From NCBI GenBank assembly GCA_964057225.1, contig CAXKVF010000072.1, forward strand, positions 124,001 through 188,000: a stretch of 64,000 nt of DNA. Direction: 5' to 3'. Below the pieces are notes generated by a model, which did not search any database, was not told the DNA's origin, and was given only the letters and a program-made list of their open reading frames with translations. How positions within the stretch are numbered: position 1 is the first letter of the stretch; every line of letters starts with the position of its first letter. The DNA is from Auanema rhodensis (Eukaryota; Animalia; Nematoda). A program made the position numbers and the translations under genes. This document shows positions 26,201 to 40,400 of the stretch, piece after piece.

Positions 26201-29200
26201 TTTTGAAAACCGCATCTCTTTATCTTTCACGTGAAGCGAGTTACATACCAAGTGCACAGCACGTGTACATTTAATTAGCATAAATTAAAGTTCACGTAAA
26301 TTTCAAAGTCATGGTTACCATGAACCAATATCAATAAAAATTTGTTTTTAGACTAATATGGACATGGGGAATCTAATTTTGAAAACCGTATCTCTTTATC
26401 TTTCACGTGAAGCGAGTTACATACCAAGTGCACATCACGTGTACATTTAATTAGCATAAATTAAAGTTCACGTAAATTTCAAAGTCATGGTTACCATGAA
26501 CCAATGTCAATAAAAATTTGTTTTTAGACTAATATGGACATGGGGAATCTAATTTTGAAAACCGCATCTCTTTATCTTTCACGTGAAGCGAGTTACATAC
26601 CAAGTGCACATCACGTGTACATTTAATTAGCATAAATTAAAGTTCACGTAAATTTCAAAGTCATGGTTACCATGAAGCAATATCAATAAAAATTTGTTTT
26701 TAGACTAATATGGACATGGGGAATCTAATTTTGAAAACCGCATCTCTTTATCTTTCACGTGAAGCGAGTTACATACCAAGTGCACATCACGTGTACATTT
26801 AATTAGCATAAATTAAAGTTCACGTAAATTTCAAAGTCATGGTTACCATGAACCAATATCAATAAAAATTTGTTTTTAGACTAATATGGACATGGGGAAT
26901 CTAATTTTGAAAACCGCATCTCTTTATCTTTCACGTGAAGCGAGTTACATACCAAGTGCACATCACGTGTACATTTAATTAGCATAAATTAAAGTTCACG
27001 TAAATTTCAAAGTCATGGTTACCATGAAGCAATATCAATAAAAATTTGTTTTTCGACTAATATGGACATGGAGAATCTAATTTTGAAAACCGCATTTCTT
27101 TATCTTTCACGTGAAGCGAGTTACATACCAAGTGCACATCACGTGTACATTTAATTAGCATAAATTAAAGTTCACGTAAATTTCAAAGTCATGGTTACCA
27201 TGCACCAATATCAATAAAAATTTGTTTTTAGACTAATATGGACATGGGGAATCTAATTTTGAAAACCGCATCTCTTTATTTTTCACGTGAAGCGAGTTAC
27301 ATACCAAGTGCACATCACGTGTACATTTAATTAGCATAAATTAAAGTTCACGTAAATTTCAAAGTCATGGTTACCATGAAGCAATATCAATAAAAATTTG
27401 TTTTTAGACTAATATGGACATGGGGAATCTAATTTTGAAAACCGCATCTCTTTATCTTTCACGTGAAGCGAGTTACATACCAAGTGCACATCACGTGTAC
27501 ATTTAATTAGCATAAATTAAAGTTCACGTAAATTTTAAAGTCATGGTTACCATGAACCAATATCAATAAAAATTTGTTTTTAGACTAATATGGACATGGG
27601 GAATCTAATTTTGAAAACCGCATCTCTTTATCTTTCACGTGAAGCGAGTTACATACCAAGTGCACATCACGTGTACATTTAATTAGCATAAATTAAAGTT
27701 CACGTAAATTTCAAAGTCATGGTTACCATGAACCAATGTCAATAAAAATTTGTTTTTAGACTAATATGGACATGGGGAATCTAATTTTGAAAACCGCATC
27801 TCTTTATCTTTCACGTGAAGCGAGTTACATACCAAGTGCACATCACGTGTACATTTAATTAGCATAAATTAAAGTTCACGTAAATTTCAAAGTCATGGTT
27901 ACCATGAAGCAATATCAATAAAAATTTGTTTTTAGACTAATATGGACATGGGGAATCTAATTTTGAAAACCGCATCTCTTTATCTTTCACGTGAAGCGAG
28001 TTACATACCAAGTGCACATCACGTGTACATTTAATTAGCATAAATTAAAGTTCACGTAAATTTCAAAGTCATGGTTACCATGAACCAATATCAATAAAAA
28101 TTTGTTTTTAGACTAATATGGACATGGGGAATCTAATTTTGAAAACCGCATCTCTTTATCTTTCACGTGAAGCGAGTTACATACCAAGTGCACATCACGT
28201 GTACATTTAATTAGCATAAATTAAAGTTCACGTAAATTTCAAAGTCATGGTTACCATGAAGCAATATCAATAAAAATTTGTTTTTCGACTAATATGGACA
28301 TGGAGAATCTAATTTTGAAAACCGCATTTCTTTATCTTTCACGTGAAGCGAGTTACATACCAAGTGCACATCACGTGTACATTTAATTAGCATAAATTAA
28401 AGTTCACGTAAATTTCAAAGTCATGGTTACCATGCACCAATATCAATAAAAATTTGTTTTTAGACTAATATGGACATGGGGAATCTAATTTTGAAAACCG
28501 CATCTCTTTATCTTTCACGTGAAGCGAGTTACATACCAAGTGCACATCACGTGTACATTTAATTAGCATAAATTAAAGTTCACGTAAAGTTCAAAGTCAT
28601 GGTTACCATGAAGCAATATCAATAAAAATTTGTTTTTAGACTAATATGGACATGGGGAATCTAATTTTGAAAACCGCATCTCTTTATCTTTCACGTGAAG
28701 CGAGTTACATACCAAGTGCACATCACGTGTACATTTAATTAGCATAAATTAAAGTTCACGTAAATTTCAAAGTCATGGTTACCATGAACCAATATCAATA
28801 AAAATTTGTTTTTAGACTAATATGGACATGGGGAATCTAATTTTGAAAACCGCATCTCTTTATCTTTCACGTGAAGCGAGTTACATACCAAGTGCACATC
28901 ACGTGTACATTTAATTAGCATAAATTAAAGTTCACGTAAATTTCAAAGTCATGGTTACCATGAACCAATATCAATAAAAATTTGTTTTTAGACTAATATG
29001 GACATGGGGAATCTAATTTTGAAAACCGCATCTCTTTATCTTTCACGTGAAGCGAGTTACATACCAAGTGCACATCACGTGTACATTTAATTATCATAAA
29101 TTAAAGTTCACGTAAATTTCAAAGTCATGGTTACCATGAACCAATATCAATAAAAATTTGTTTTTAGACTAATATGGACATGGGGAATCTAATTTTGAAA

Positions 29201-30624
29201 ACCGCATCTCTTTATCTTTCACGTGAAGCGAGTTACATACCAAGTGCACATCACGTGTACATTTAATTAGCATAAATTAAAGTTCACGTAAATTTCAAAG
29301 TCATGGTTACCATGAACCAATATCAATAAAAATTTGTTTTTAGACTAATATGGACATGGGGAATCTAATTTTGAAAACCGCATCTCTTTATCTTTCACGT
29401 GAAGCGAGTTACATACCAAGTGCACATCACGTGTACATTTAATTAGCATAAATTAAAGTTCACGTAAATTTCAAAGTCATGGTTACCATGAAGCAATATC
29501 AATAAAAATTTGTTTTTCGACTAATATGGACATGGAGAATCTAATTTTGAAAACCGCATTTCTTTATCTTTCACGTGAAGCGAGTTACATACCAAGTGCA
29601 CATCACGTGTACATTTAATTAGCATAAATTAAAGTTCACGTAAATTTCAAAGTCATGGTTACCATGCACCAATATCAATAAAAATTTGTTTTTAGACTAA
29701 TATGGACATGGGGAATCTAATTTTGAAAACCGCATCTCTTTATCTTTCACGTGAAGCGAGTTACATACCAAGTGCACATCACGTGTACATTTAATTAGCA
29801 TAAATTAAAGTTCACGTAAAGTTCAAAGTCATGGTTACCATGAAGCAATATCAATAAAAATTTGTTTTTAGACTAATATGGACATGGGGAATCTAATTTT
29901 GAAAACCGCATCTCTTTATCTTTCACGTGAAGCGAGTTACATACCAAGTGCACATCACGTGTACATTTAATTAGCATAAATTAAAGTTCACGTAAATTTT
30001 AAAGTCATGGTTACCATGAACCAATATCAATAAAAATTTGTTTTTAGACTAATATGGACATGGGGAATCTAATTTTGAAAACCGCATCTCTTTATCTTTC
30101 ACGTGAAGCGAGTTACATACCAAGTGCACATCACGTGTACATTTAATTAGCATAAATTAAAGTTCACGTAAATTTCAAAGTCATGGTTACCATGAACCAA
30201 TATCAATAAAAATTTGTTTTTAGACTAATATGGACATGGGGAATCTAATTTTGAAAACCGCATCTCTTTATCTTTCACGTGAAGCGAGTTACATACCAAG
30301 TGCACATCACGTGTACATTTAATTATCATAAATTAAAGTTCACGTAAATTTCAAAGTCATGGTTACCATGAACCAATATCAATAAAAATTTGTTTTTAGA
30401 CTAATATGGACATGGGGAATCTAATTTTGAAAACCGCATCTCTTTATCTTTCACGTGAAGCGAGTTACATACCAAGTGCACATCACGTGTACATTTAATT
30501 AGCATAAATTAAAGTTCACGTAAATTTCAAAGTCATGGTTACCATGAACCAATATCAATAAAATTTTGTTTTTAGACTAATATGGACATGGGGAATCTAA
30601 TTTTGAAAACCGCATCTCTTTATC
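20241..30624. repeat. Region of variable-length higher-order repeats (9-, 7-, 5-, 10-, 7-, 7-monomer spacings)
   Basis: A four-variant marker monomer (101G,126C,144A,168T) lies at M123,132,139,144,154,161,168, with companion markers CAGCAC+CGTAT, AATGTC and AAGCGC. Confidence 0.9.
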
Positions 30625-32208
30625 TTTCACGTGAAGCGAGTTACATACCAAGTGCACATCACGTGTACATTTAATTAGCATAAATTAAAGTTCACGTAAA
30701 TTTCAAAGTCATGGTTACCATGAAGCAATATCAATAAAAATTTGTTTTTAGACTAATATGGACATGGGGAATCTAATTTTGAAAACCGCATCTCTTTATC
30801 TTTCACGTGAAGCGAGTTACATACCAAGTGCACATCACGTGTACATTTAATTAGCATAAATTAAAGTTCACGTAAATTTCAAAGTCATGGTTACCATGAA
30901 CCAATATCAATAAAAATTTGTTTTTAGACTAATATGGACATGGGGAATCTAATTTTGAAAACCGCATCTCTTTATCTTTCACGTGAAGCGAGTTACATAC
31001 CAAGTGCACATCACGTGTACATTTAATTAGCATAAATTAAAGTTCACGTAAATTTCAAAGTCATGGTTACCATGAACCAATATCAATAAAAATTTGTTTT
31101 TAGACTAATATGGACATGGGGAATCTAATTTTGGAAACCGCATCTCTTTATCTTTCACGTGAAGCGAGTTACATACCAAGTGCACATCACGTGTACATTT
31201 AATTAGCATAAATTAAAGTTCACGTAAATTTCAAAGTCATGGTTACCATGAAGCAATATCAATAAAAATTTGTTTTTAGACTAATATGGACATGGGGAAT
31301 CTAATTTTGAAAACCGCATCTCTTTATCTTTCACGTGAAGCGAGTTACATACCAAGTGCACATCACGTGTACATTTAATTAGCATAAATTAAAGTTCACG
31401 TAAATTTCAAAGTCATGGTTACCATGAACCAATATCAATAAAAATTTGTTTTTAGACTAATATGGACATGGGGAATCTAATTTTGAAAACCGCATCTCTT
31501 TATCTTTCACGTGAAGCGAGTTACATACCAAGTGCACATCACGTGTACATTTAATTAGCATAAATTAAAGTTCACGTAAATTTCAAAGTCATGGTTACCA
31601 TGAAGCAATATCAATAAAAATTTGTTTTTAGACTAATATGGACATGGGGAATCTAATTTTGAAAACCGCATCTCTTTATCTTTCACGTGAAGCGAGTTAC
31701 ATACCAAGTGCACATCACGTGTACATTTAATTAGCATAAATTAAAGTTCACGTAAAATTCAAAGTCATGGTTACCATGCACCAATATCAATAAAAATTTG
31801 TTTTTAGACTAATATGGACATGGGGAATCTAATTTTGAAAACCGCATCTCTTTATCTTTCACGTGAAGCGAGTTACATACCAAGTGCACATCACGTGTAC
31901 ATTTAATTAGCATAAATTAAAGTTCACGTAAAATTCAAAGTCATGGTTACCATGCACCAATATCAATAAAAATTTGTTTTTAGACTAATATGGACATGGG
32001 GAATCTAATTTTGAAAACCGCATCTCTTTATCTTTCACGTGAAGCGAGTTACATACCAAGTGCACATCACGTGTACATTTAATTAGCATAAATTAAAGTT
32101 CACGTAAATTTCAAAGTCATGGTTACCATGAACCAATATCAATAAAAATTTGTTTTTAGACTAATATGGACATGGGGAATCTAATTTTGAAAACCGCATC
32201 TCTTTATC

Positions 32209-34320
32209 TTTCACGTGAAGCGAGTTACATACCAAGTGCACATCACGTGTACATTTAATTAGCATAAATTAAAGTTCACGTAAAATTCAAAGTCATGGTT
32301 ACCATGAAGCAATATCAATAAAAATTTGTTTTTAGACTAATATGGACATGGGGAATCTAATTTTGAAAACCGCATCTCTTTATCTTTCACGTGAAGCGAG
32401 TTACATACCAAGTGCACATCACGTGTACATTTAATTAGCATAAATTAAAGTTCACGTAAATTTCAAAGTCATGGTTACCATGCACCAATATCAATAAAAA
32501 TTTGTTTTTAGACTAATATGGACATGGGGAATCTAATTTTGAAAACCGCATCTCTTTATCTTTCACGTGAAGCGAGTTACATACCAAGTGCACATCACGT
32601 GTACATTTAATTAGCATAAATTAAAGTTCACGTAAATTTCAAAGTCATGGTTACCATGAACCAATATCAATAAAAATTTGTTTTTAGACTAATATGGACA
32701 TGGGGAATCTAATGTTGAAAACCGCATCTCTTTATCTTTCACGTGAAGCGAGTTACATACCAAGTGCACATCACGTGTACATTTAATTAGCATAAATTAA
32801 AGTTCACGTAAATTTCAAAGTCATGGTTACCATGAACCAATATCAATAAAAATTTGTTTTTAGACTAATATGGACATGGGGAATCTAATTTTGAAAACCG
32901 CATCTCTTTATCTTTCACGTGAAGCGAGTTACATACCAAGTGCACATCACGTGTACATTTAATTAGCATAAATTAAAGTTCACGTAAATTTCAAAGTCAT
33001 GGTTACCATGCACCAATATCAATAAAAATTTGTTTTTAGACTAATATGGACATGGGGAATCTAATTTTGAAAACCGCATCTCTTTATCTTTCACGTGAAG
33101 CGAGTTACATACCAAGTGCACATCACGTGTACATTTAATTAGCATAAATTAAAGTTCACGTAAATTTCAAAGTCATGGTTACCATGCACCAATATCAATA
33201 AAAATTTGTTTTTAGACTAATATGGACATGGGGAATCTAATTTTGAAAACCGCATCTCTTTATCTTTCACGTGAAGCGAGTTACATACCAAGTGCACATC
33301 ACGTGTACATTTAATTAGCATAAATTAAAGTTCACGTAAAATTCAAAGTCATGGTTACCATGAAGCAATATCAATAAAAATTTGTTTTTAGACTAATATG
33401 GACATGGGGAATCTAATTTTGAAAACCGCATCTCTTTATCTTTCACGTGAAGCGAGTTACATACCAAGTGCACATCACGTGTACATTTAATTAGCATAAA
33501 TTAAAGTTCACGTAAATTTCAAAGTCATGGTTACCATGCACCAATATCAATAAAAATTTGTTTTTAGACTAATATGGACATGGGGAATCTAATTTTGAAA
33601 ACCGCATCTCTTTATCTTTCACGTGAAGCGAGTTACATACCAAGTGCACATCACGTGTACATTTAATTAGCATAAATTAAAGTTCACGTAAATTTCAAAG
33701 TCATGGTTACCATGAACCAATATCAATAAAAATTTGTTTTTAGACTAATATGGACATGGGGAATCTAATGTTGAAAACCGCATCTCTTTATCTTTCACGT
33801 GAAGCGAGTTACATACCAAGTGCACATCACGTGTACATTTAATTAGCATAAATTAAAGTTCACGTAAATTTCAAAGTCATGGTTACCATGAACCAATATC
33901 AATAAAAATTTGTTTTTAGACTAATATGGACATGGGGAATCTAATTTTGAAAACCGCATCTCTTTATCTTTCACGTGAAGCGAGTTACATACCAAGTGCA
34001 CATCACGTGTACATTTAATTAGCATAAATTAAAGTTCACGTAAATTTCAAAGTCATGGTTACCATGCACCAATATCAATAAAAATTTGTTTTTAGACTAA
34101 TATGGACATGGGGAATCTAATTTTGAAAACCGCATCTCTTTATCTTTCACGTGAAGCGAGTTACATACCAAGTGCACATCACGTGTACATTTAATTAGCA
34201 TAAATTAAAGTTCACGTAAATTTCAAAGTCATGGTTACCATGCACCAATATCAATAAAAATTTGTTTTTAGACTAATATGGACATGGGGAATCTAATTTT
34301 GAAAACCGCATCTCTTTATC
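32209..34320. repeat. Tandem 6-monomer duplication (1056 bp x2): M184-189 / M190-195
   Basis: 77A+101G, 99C, 154G, consensus, 99C, 99C, repeated identically. Confidence 0.9.
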
Positions 34321-37300
34321 TTTCACGTGAAGCGAGTTACATACCAAGTGCACATCACGTGTACATTTAATTAGCATAAATTAAAGTTCACGTAAATTTC
34401 AAAGTCATGGTTACCATGAACCAATATCAATAAAAATTTGTTTTTAGACTAATATGGACATGGGGAATCAAATTTTGAAAACCGCATTTCTTTATCTTTC
34501 ACGTGAAGCGAGTTACATACCAAGTGCACATCACGTGTACATTTAATTAGCATAAATTAAAGTTCACGTAAAATTCAAAGTCATGGTTACCATGAACCAA
34601 TATCAATAAAAATTTGTTTTTAGACTAATATGGACATGGGGAATCTAATTTTGAAAACCGCATCTCTTTATCTTTCACGTGAAGCGAGTTACATACCAAG
34701 TGCACATCACGTGTACATTTAATTAGCATAAATTAAAGTTCACGTAAATTTCAAAGTCATGGTTACCATGAACCAATATCAATAAAAATTTGTTTTTAGA
34801 CTAATATGGACATGAGGAATCTAATTTTGAAAACCGCATCTCTTTATCTTTCACGTGAAGCGAGTTACATACCAAGTGCACATCACGTGTACATTTAATT
34901 AGCATAAATTAAAGTTCACGTAAATTTCAAAGTCATGGTTACCATGAACCAATATCAATAAAAATTTGTTTTTAGACTAATATGGACATGGGGAATCTAA
35001 TTTTGAAAACCGCATCTCTTTATCTTTCACGTGAAGCGAGTTACATACCAAGTGCACATCACGTGTACATTTAATTAGCATAAATTAAAGTTCACGTAAA
35101 TTTCAAAGTCATGGTTACCATGAAGCAATATCAATAAAAATTTGTTTTTAGACTAATATGGACATGGGGAATCTAATTTTGAAAACCGCTTCTCTTTATC
35201 TTTCACGTGAAGCGAGTTACATACCAAGTGCACATCACGTGTACATTTAATTAGCATAAATTAAAGTTCACGTAAATTTCAAAGTCATGGTTACCATGAA
35301 CCAATATCAATAAAAATTTGTTTTTAGACTAATATGGACATGGGGAATCTAATTTTGAAAACCGCATCTCTTTATCTTTCACGTGAAGCGAGTTACATAC
35401 CAAGTGCACATCACGTGTACATTTAATTAGCATAAATTAAAGTTCACGTAAATTTCAAAGTCATGGTTACCATGAACCAATATCAATAAAAATTTGTTTT
35501 TAGACTAATATGGACATGGGTAATCTAATTTTGAAAACCGCATCTCTTTATCTTTCACGTGAAGCGAGTTACATACCAAGTGCACATCACGTGTACATTT
35601 AATTAGCATAAATTAAAGTTCACGTAAATTTCAAAGTCATGGTTACCATGAACCAATATCAATAAAAATTTGTTTTTAGACTAATATGGACATGGGGAAT
35701 CTAATTTTGAAAACCGCATTTCTTTATCTTTCACGTGAAGCGAGTTACATACCAAGTGCACATCACGTGTACATTTAATTAGCATAAATTAAAGTTCACG
35801 TAAATTTCAAAGTCATGGTTACCATGCACCAATATCAATAAAAATTTGTTTTTAGACTAATATGGACATGGGGAATCTAATTTTGAAAACCGCATCTCTT
35901 TATCTTTCACGTGAAGCGAGTTACATACCAAGTGCACATCACGTGTACATTTAATTAGCATAAATTAAAGTTCACGTAAATTTCAAAGTCATGGTTACCA
36001 TGCACCAATATCAATAAAAATTTGTTTTTAGACTAATATGGACATGGGGAATCTAATTTTGAAAACCGCATTTCTTTATCTTTCACGTGAAGCGAGTTAC
36101 ATACCAAGTGCACATCACGTGTACATTTAATTAGCATAAATTAAAGTTCACGTAAATTTCAAAGTCATGGTTACCATGCACCAATATCAATAAAAATTTG
36201 TTTTTAGACTAATATGGACATGGGGAATCTAATTTTGAAAACCGCATCTCTTTATCTTTCACGTGAAGCGAGTTACATACCAAGTGCACATCACGTGTAC
36301 ATTTAATTAGCATAAATTAAAGTTCACGTAAATTTCAAAGTCATGGTTACCATGAACCAATATCAATAAAAATTTGTTTTTAGACTAATATGGACATGGG
36401 GAATCAAATTTTGAAAACCGCATTTCTTTATCTTTCACGTGAAGCGAGTTACATACCAAGTGCACATCACGTGTACATTTAATTAGCATAAATTAAAGTT
36501 CACGTAAAATTCAAAGTCATGGTTACCATGAACCAATATCAATAAAAATTTGTTTTTAGACTAATATGGACATGGGGAATCTAATTTTGAAAACCGCATC
36601 TCTTTATCTTTCACGTGAAGCGAGTTACATACCAAGTGCACATCACGTGTACATTTAATTAGCATAAATTAAAGTTCACGTAAATTTCAAAGTCATGGTT
36701 ACCATGAACCAATATCAATAAAAATTTGTTTTTAGACTAATATGGACATGAGGAATCTAATTTTGAAAACCGCATCTCTTTATCTTTCACGTGAAGCGAG
36801 TTACATACCAAGTGCACATCACGTGTACATTTAATTAGCATAAATTAAAGTTCACGTAAATTTCAAAGTCATGGTTACCATGAACCAATATCAATAAAAA
36901 TTTGTTTTTAGACTAATATGGACATGGGGAATCTAATTTTGAAAACCGCATCTCTTTATCTTTCACGTGAAGCGAGTTACATACCAAGTGCACATCACGT
37001 GTACATTTAATTAGCATAAATTAAAGTTCACGTAAATTTCAAAGTCATGGTTACCATGAAGCAATATCAATAAAAATTTGTTTTTAGACTAATATGGACA
37101 TGGGGAATCTAATTTTGAAAACCGCTTCTCTTTATCTTTCACGTGAAGCGAGTTACATACCAAGTGCACATCACGTGTACATTTAATTAGCATAAATTAA
37201 AGTTCACGTAAATTTCAAAGTCATGGTTACCATGAACCAATATCAATAAAAATTTGTTTTTAGACTAATATGGACATGGGGAATCTAATTTTGAAAACCG

Positions 37301-37488
37301 CATCTCTTTATCTTTCACGTGAAGCGAGTTACATACCAAGTGCACATCACGTGTACATTTAATTAGCATAAATTAAAGTTCACGTAAATTTCAAAGTCAT
37401 GGTTACCATGAACCAATATCAATAAAAATTTGTTTTTAGACTAATATGGACATGGGTAATCTAATTTTGAAAACCGCATCTCTTTATC
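34145..37488. repeat. 11-monomer-offset (1936 bp) duplication: M195-202 / M206-213
   Basis: Ordered markers 150A+168T, 77A, ATGAGG, 101G+CCGCTT and GGGTA recur 1936 bp apart. Confidence 0.9.
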
Positions 37489-40400
37489 TTTCACGTGAAG
37501 CGAGTTACATACCAAGTGCACATCACGTGTACATTTAATTAGCATAAATTAAAGTTCACGTAAATTTCAAAGTCATGGTTACCATGCACCAATATCAATA
37601 AAAATTTGTTTTTAGACTAATATGGACATGGGGAATCTAATTTTGAAAACCGCATCTCTTTATCTTTCACGTGAAGCGAGTTACATACCAAGTGCACATC
37701 ACGTGTACATTTAATTAGCATAAATTAAAGTTCACGTAAATTTCAAAGTTATGGTTACCATGCACCAATATCAATAAAAATTTGTTTTTAGACTAATATG
37801 GACATGGGGAATCTAATTTTGAAAACCGCATCTCTTTATCTTTCACGTGAAGCGAGTTACATACCAAGTGCACATCACGTGTACATTTAATTAGCATAAA
37901 TTAAAGTTCACGTAAATTTCAAAGTCATGGTTACCATGAACCAATATCAATAAAAATTTGTTTTTAGACTAATATGGACATGGGGAATCTAATTTTGAAA
38001 ACCGCATCTCTTTATCTTTCACGTGAAGCGAGTTACATACCAAGCGCACATCACGTGTACATTTAATTAGCATAAATTAAAGTTCACGTAAATTTCAAAG
38101 TCATGGTTACCATGAACCAATATCAATAAAAATTTGTTTTTAGACTAATATGGACATGGGGAATCTAATTTTGAAAACCGCATCTCTTTATCTTTCACGT
38201 GAAGCGAGTTACATACCAAGTGCACATCACGTGTACATTTAATTAGCATAAATTAAAGTTCACGTAAATTTCAAAGTCATGGTTACCATGAAGCAATATC
38301 AATAAAAATTTGTTTTTAGACTAATATGGACATGGGGAATCTAATTTTGAAAACCGCTTCTCTTTATCTTTCACGTGAAGCGAGTTACATACCAAGTGCA
38401 CATCACGTGTACATTTAATTAGCATAAATTAAAGTTCACGTAAATTTCAAAGTCATGGTTACCATGAAGCAATATCAATAAAAATTTGTTTTTAGACTAA
38501 TATGGACATGAAGAATCTAATTTTGAAAACCGCATCTCTTTATCTTTCACGTGAAGCGAGTTACATACCAAGTGCACATCACGTGTACATTTAATTAGCA
38601 TAAATTAAAGTTCACGTAAATTTCAAAGTCAAGGTTACCATGAACCAATATCAATAAAAATTTGTTTTTAGACTAATATGGACATGGGGAATCTAATTTT
38701 GAAAACCGCATCTCTTTATCTTTCACGTGAAGCGAGTTACATACCAAGTGCACATCACGTGTACATTTAATTAGCATAAATTAAAGTTCACGTAAATTTC
38801 AAAGTCATGGTTACCATGAACCAATATCAATAAAAATTTGTTTTTAGACTAATATGGACATGGGTAATCTAATTTTGAAAACCGCATCTCTTTATCTTTC
38901 ACGTGAAGCGAGTTACATACCAAGTGCACATCACGTGTACATTTAATTAGCATAAATTAAAGTTCACGTAAATTTCAAAGTCATGGTTACCATGCACCAA
39001 TATCAATAAAAATTTGTTTTTAGACTAATATGGACATGGGGAATCTAATTTTGAAAACCGCATCTCTTTATCTTTCACGTGAAGCGAGTTACATACCAAG
39101 TGCACATCACGTGTACATTTAATTAGCATAAATTAAAGTTCACGTAAATTTCAAAGTCATGGTTACCATGAACCAATATCAATAAAAATTTGTTTTTAGA
39201 CTAATATGGACATGGGGAATCTAATTTTGAAAACCGCATCTCTTTATCTTTCACGTGAAGCGAGTTACATACCAAGTGCACATCACGTGTACATTTAATT
39301 AGCATAAATTAAAGTTCACGTAAATTTCAAAGTCATGGTTACCATGAACCAATATCAATAAAAATTTGTTTTTAGACTAATATGGACATGGGTAATCTAA
39401 TTTTGAAAACCGCATCTCTTTATCTTTCACGTGAAGCGAGTTACATACCAAGTGCACATCACGTATACATTTAATTAGCATAAATTAAAGTTCACGTAAA
39501 TTTCAAAGTCATGGTTACCATGCACCAATATCAATAAAAATTTGTTTTTAGACTAATATGGACATGGGGAATCTAATTTTGAAAACCGCATCTCTTTATC
39601 TTTCACGTGAAGCGAGTTACATACCAAGTGCACATCACGTGTACATTTAATTAGCATAAATTAAAGTTCACGTAAATTTCAAAGTCATGGTTACCATGCA
39701 CCAATATCAATAAAAATTTGTTTTTAGACTAATATGGACAGGGGGAATCTAATTTTGAAAACCGCATCTCTTTATCTTTCACGTGAAGCGAGTTACATAC
39801 CAAGTGCACATCACGTGTACATTTAATTAGCATAAATTAAAGTTCACGTAAATTTCAAAGTCATGGTTACCATGAACCAATATCAATAAAAATTTGTTTT
39901 TAGACTAATATGGACATGGGGAATCTAATTTTGAAAACCGCATCTCTTTATCTTTCACGTGAAGCGAGTTACATACCAAGTGCACATCACGTGTACATTT
40001 AATTAGCATAAATTAAAGTTCACGTAAATTTCAAAGTCATGGTTACCATGAACCAATATCAATAAAAATTTGTTTTTAGACTAATATGGACATGGGGAAT
40101 CTAATTTTGAAAACCGCATCTCTTTATCTTTCACGTGAAGCGAGTTACATACCAAGTGCACATCACGTGTACATTTAATTAGCATAAATTAAAGTTCACG
40201 TAAATTTCAAAGTCATGGTTACCATGAAGCAATATCAATAAAAATTTGTTTTTAGACTAATATGGACATGGGGAATCTAATTTTGAAAACCGCATCTCTT
40301 TATCTTTCACGTGAAGCGAGTTACATACCAAGTGCACATCACGTGTACATTTAATTAGCATAAATTAAAGTTCACGTAAATTTCAAAGTCATGGTTACCA

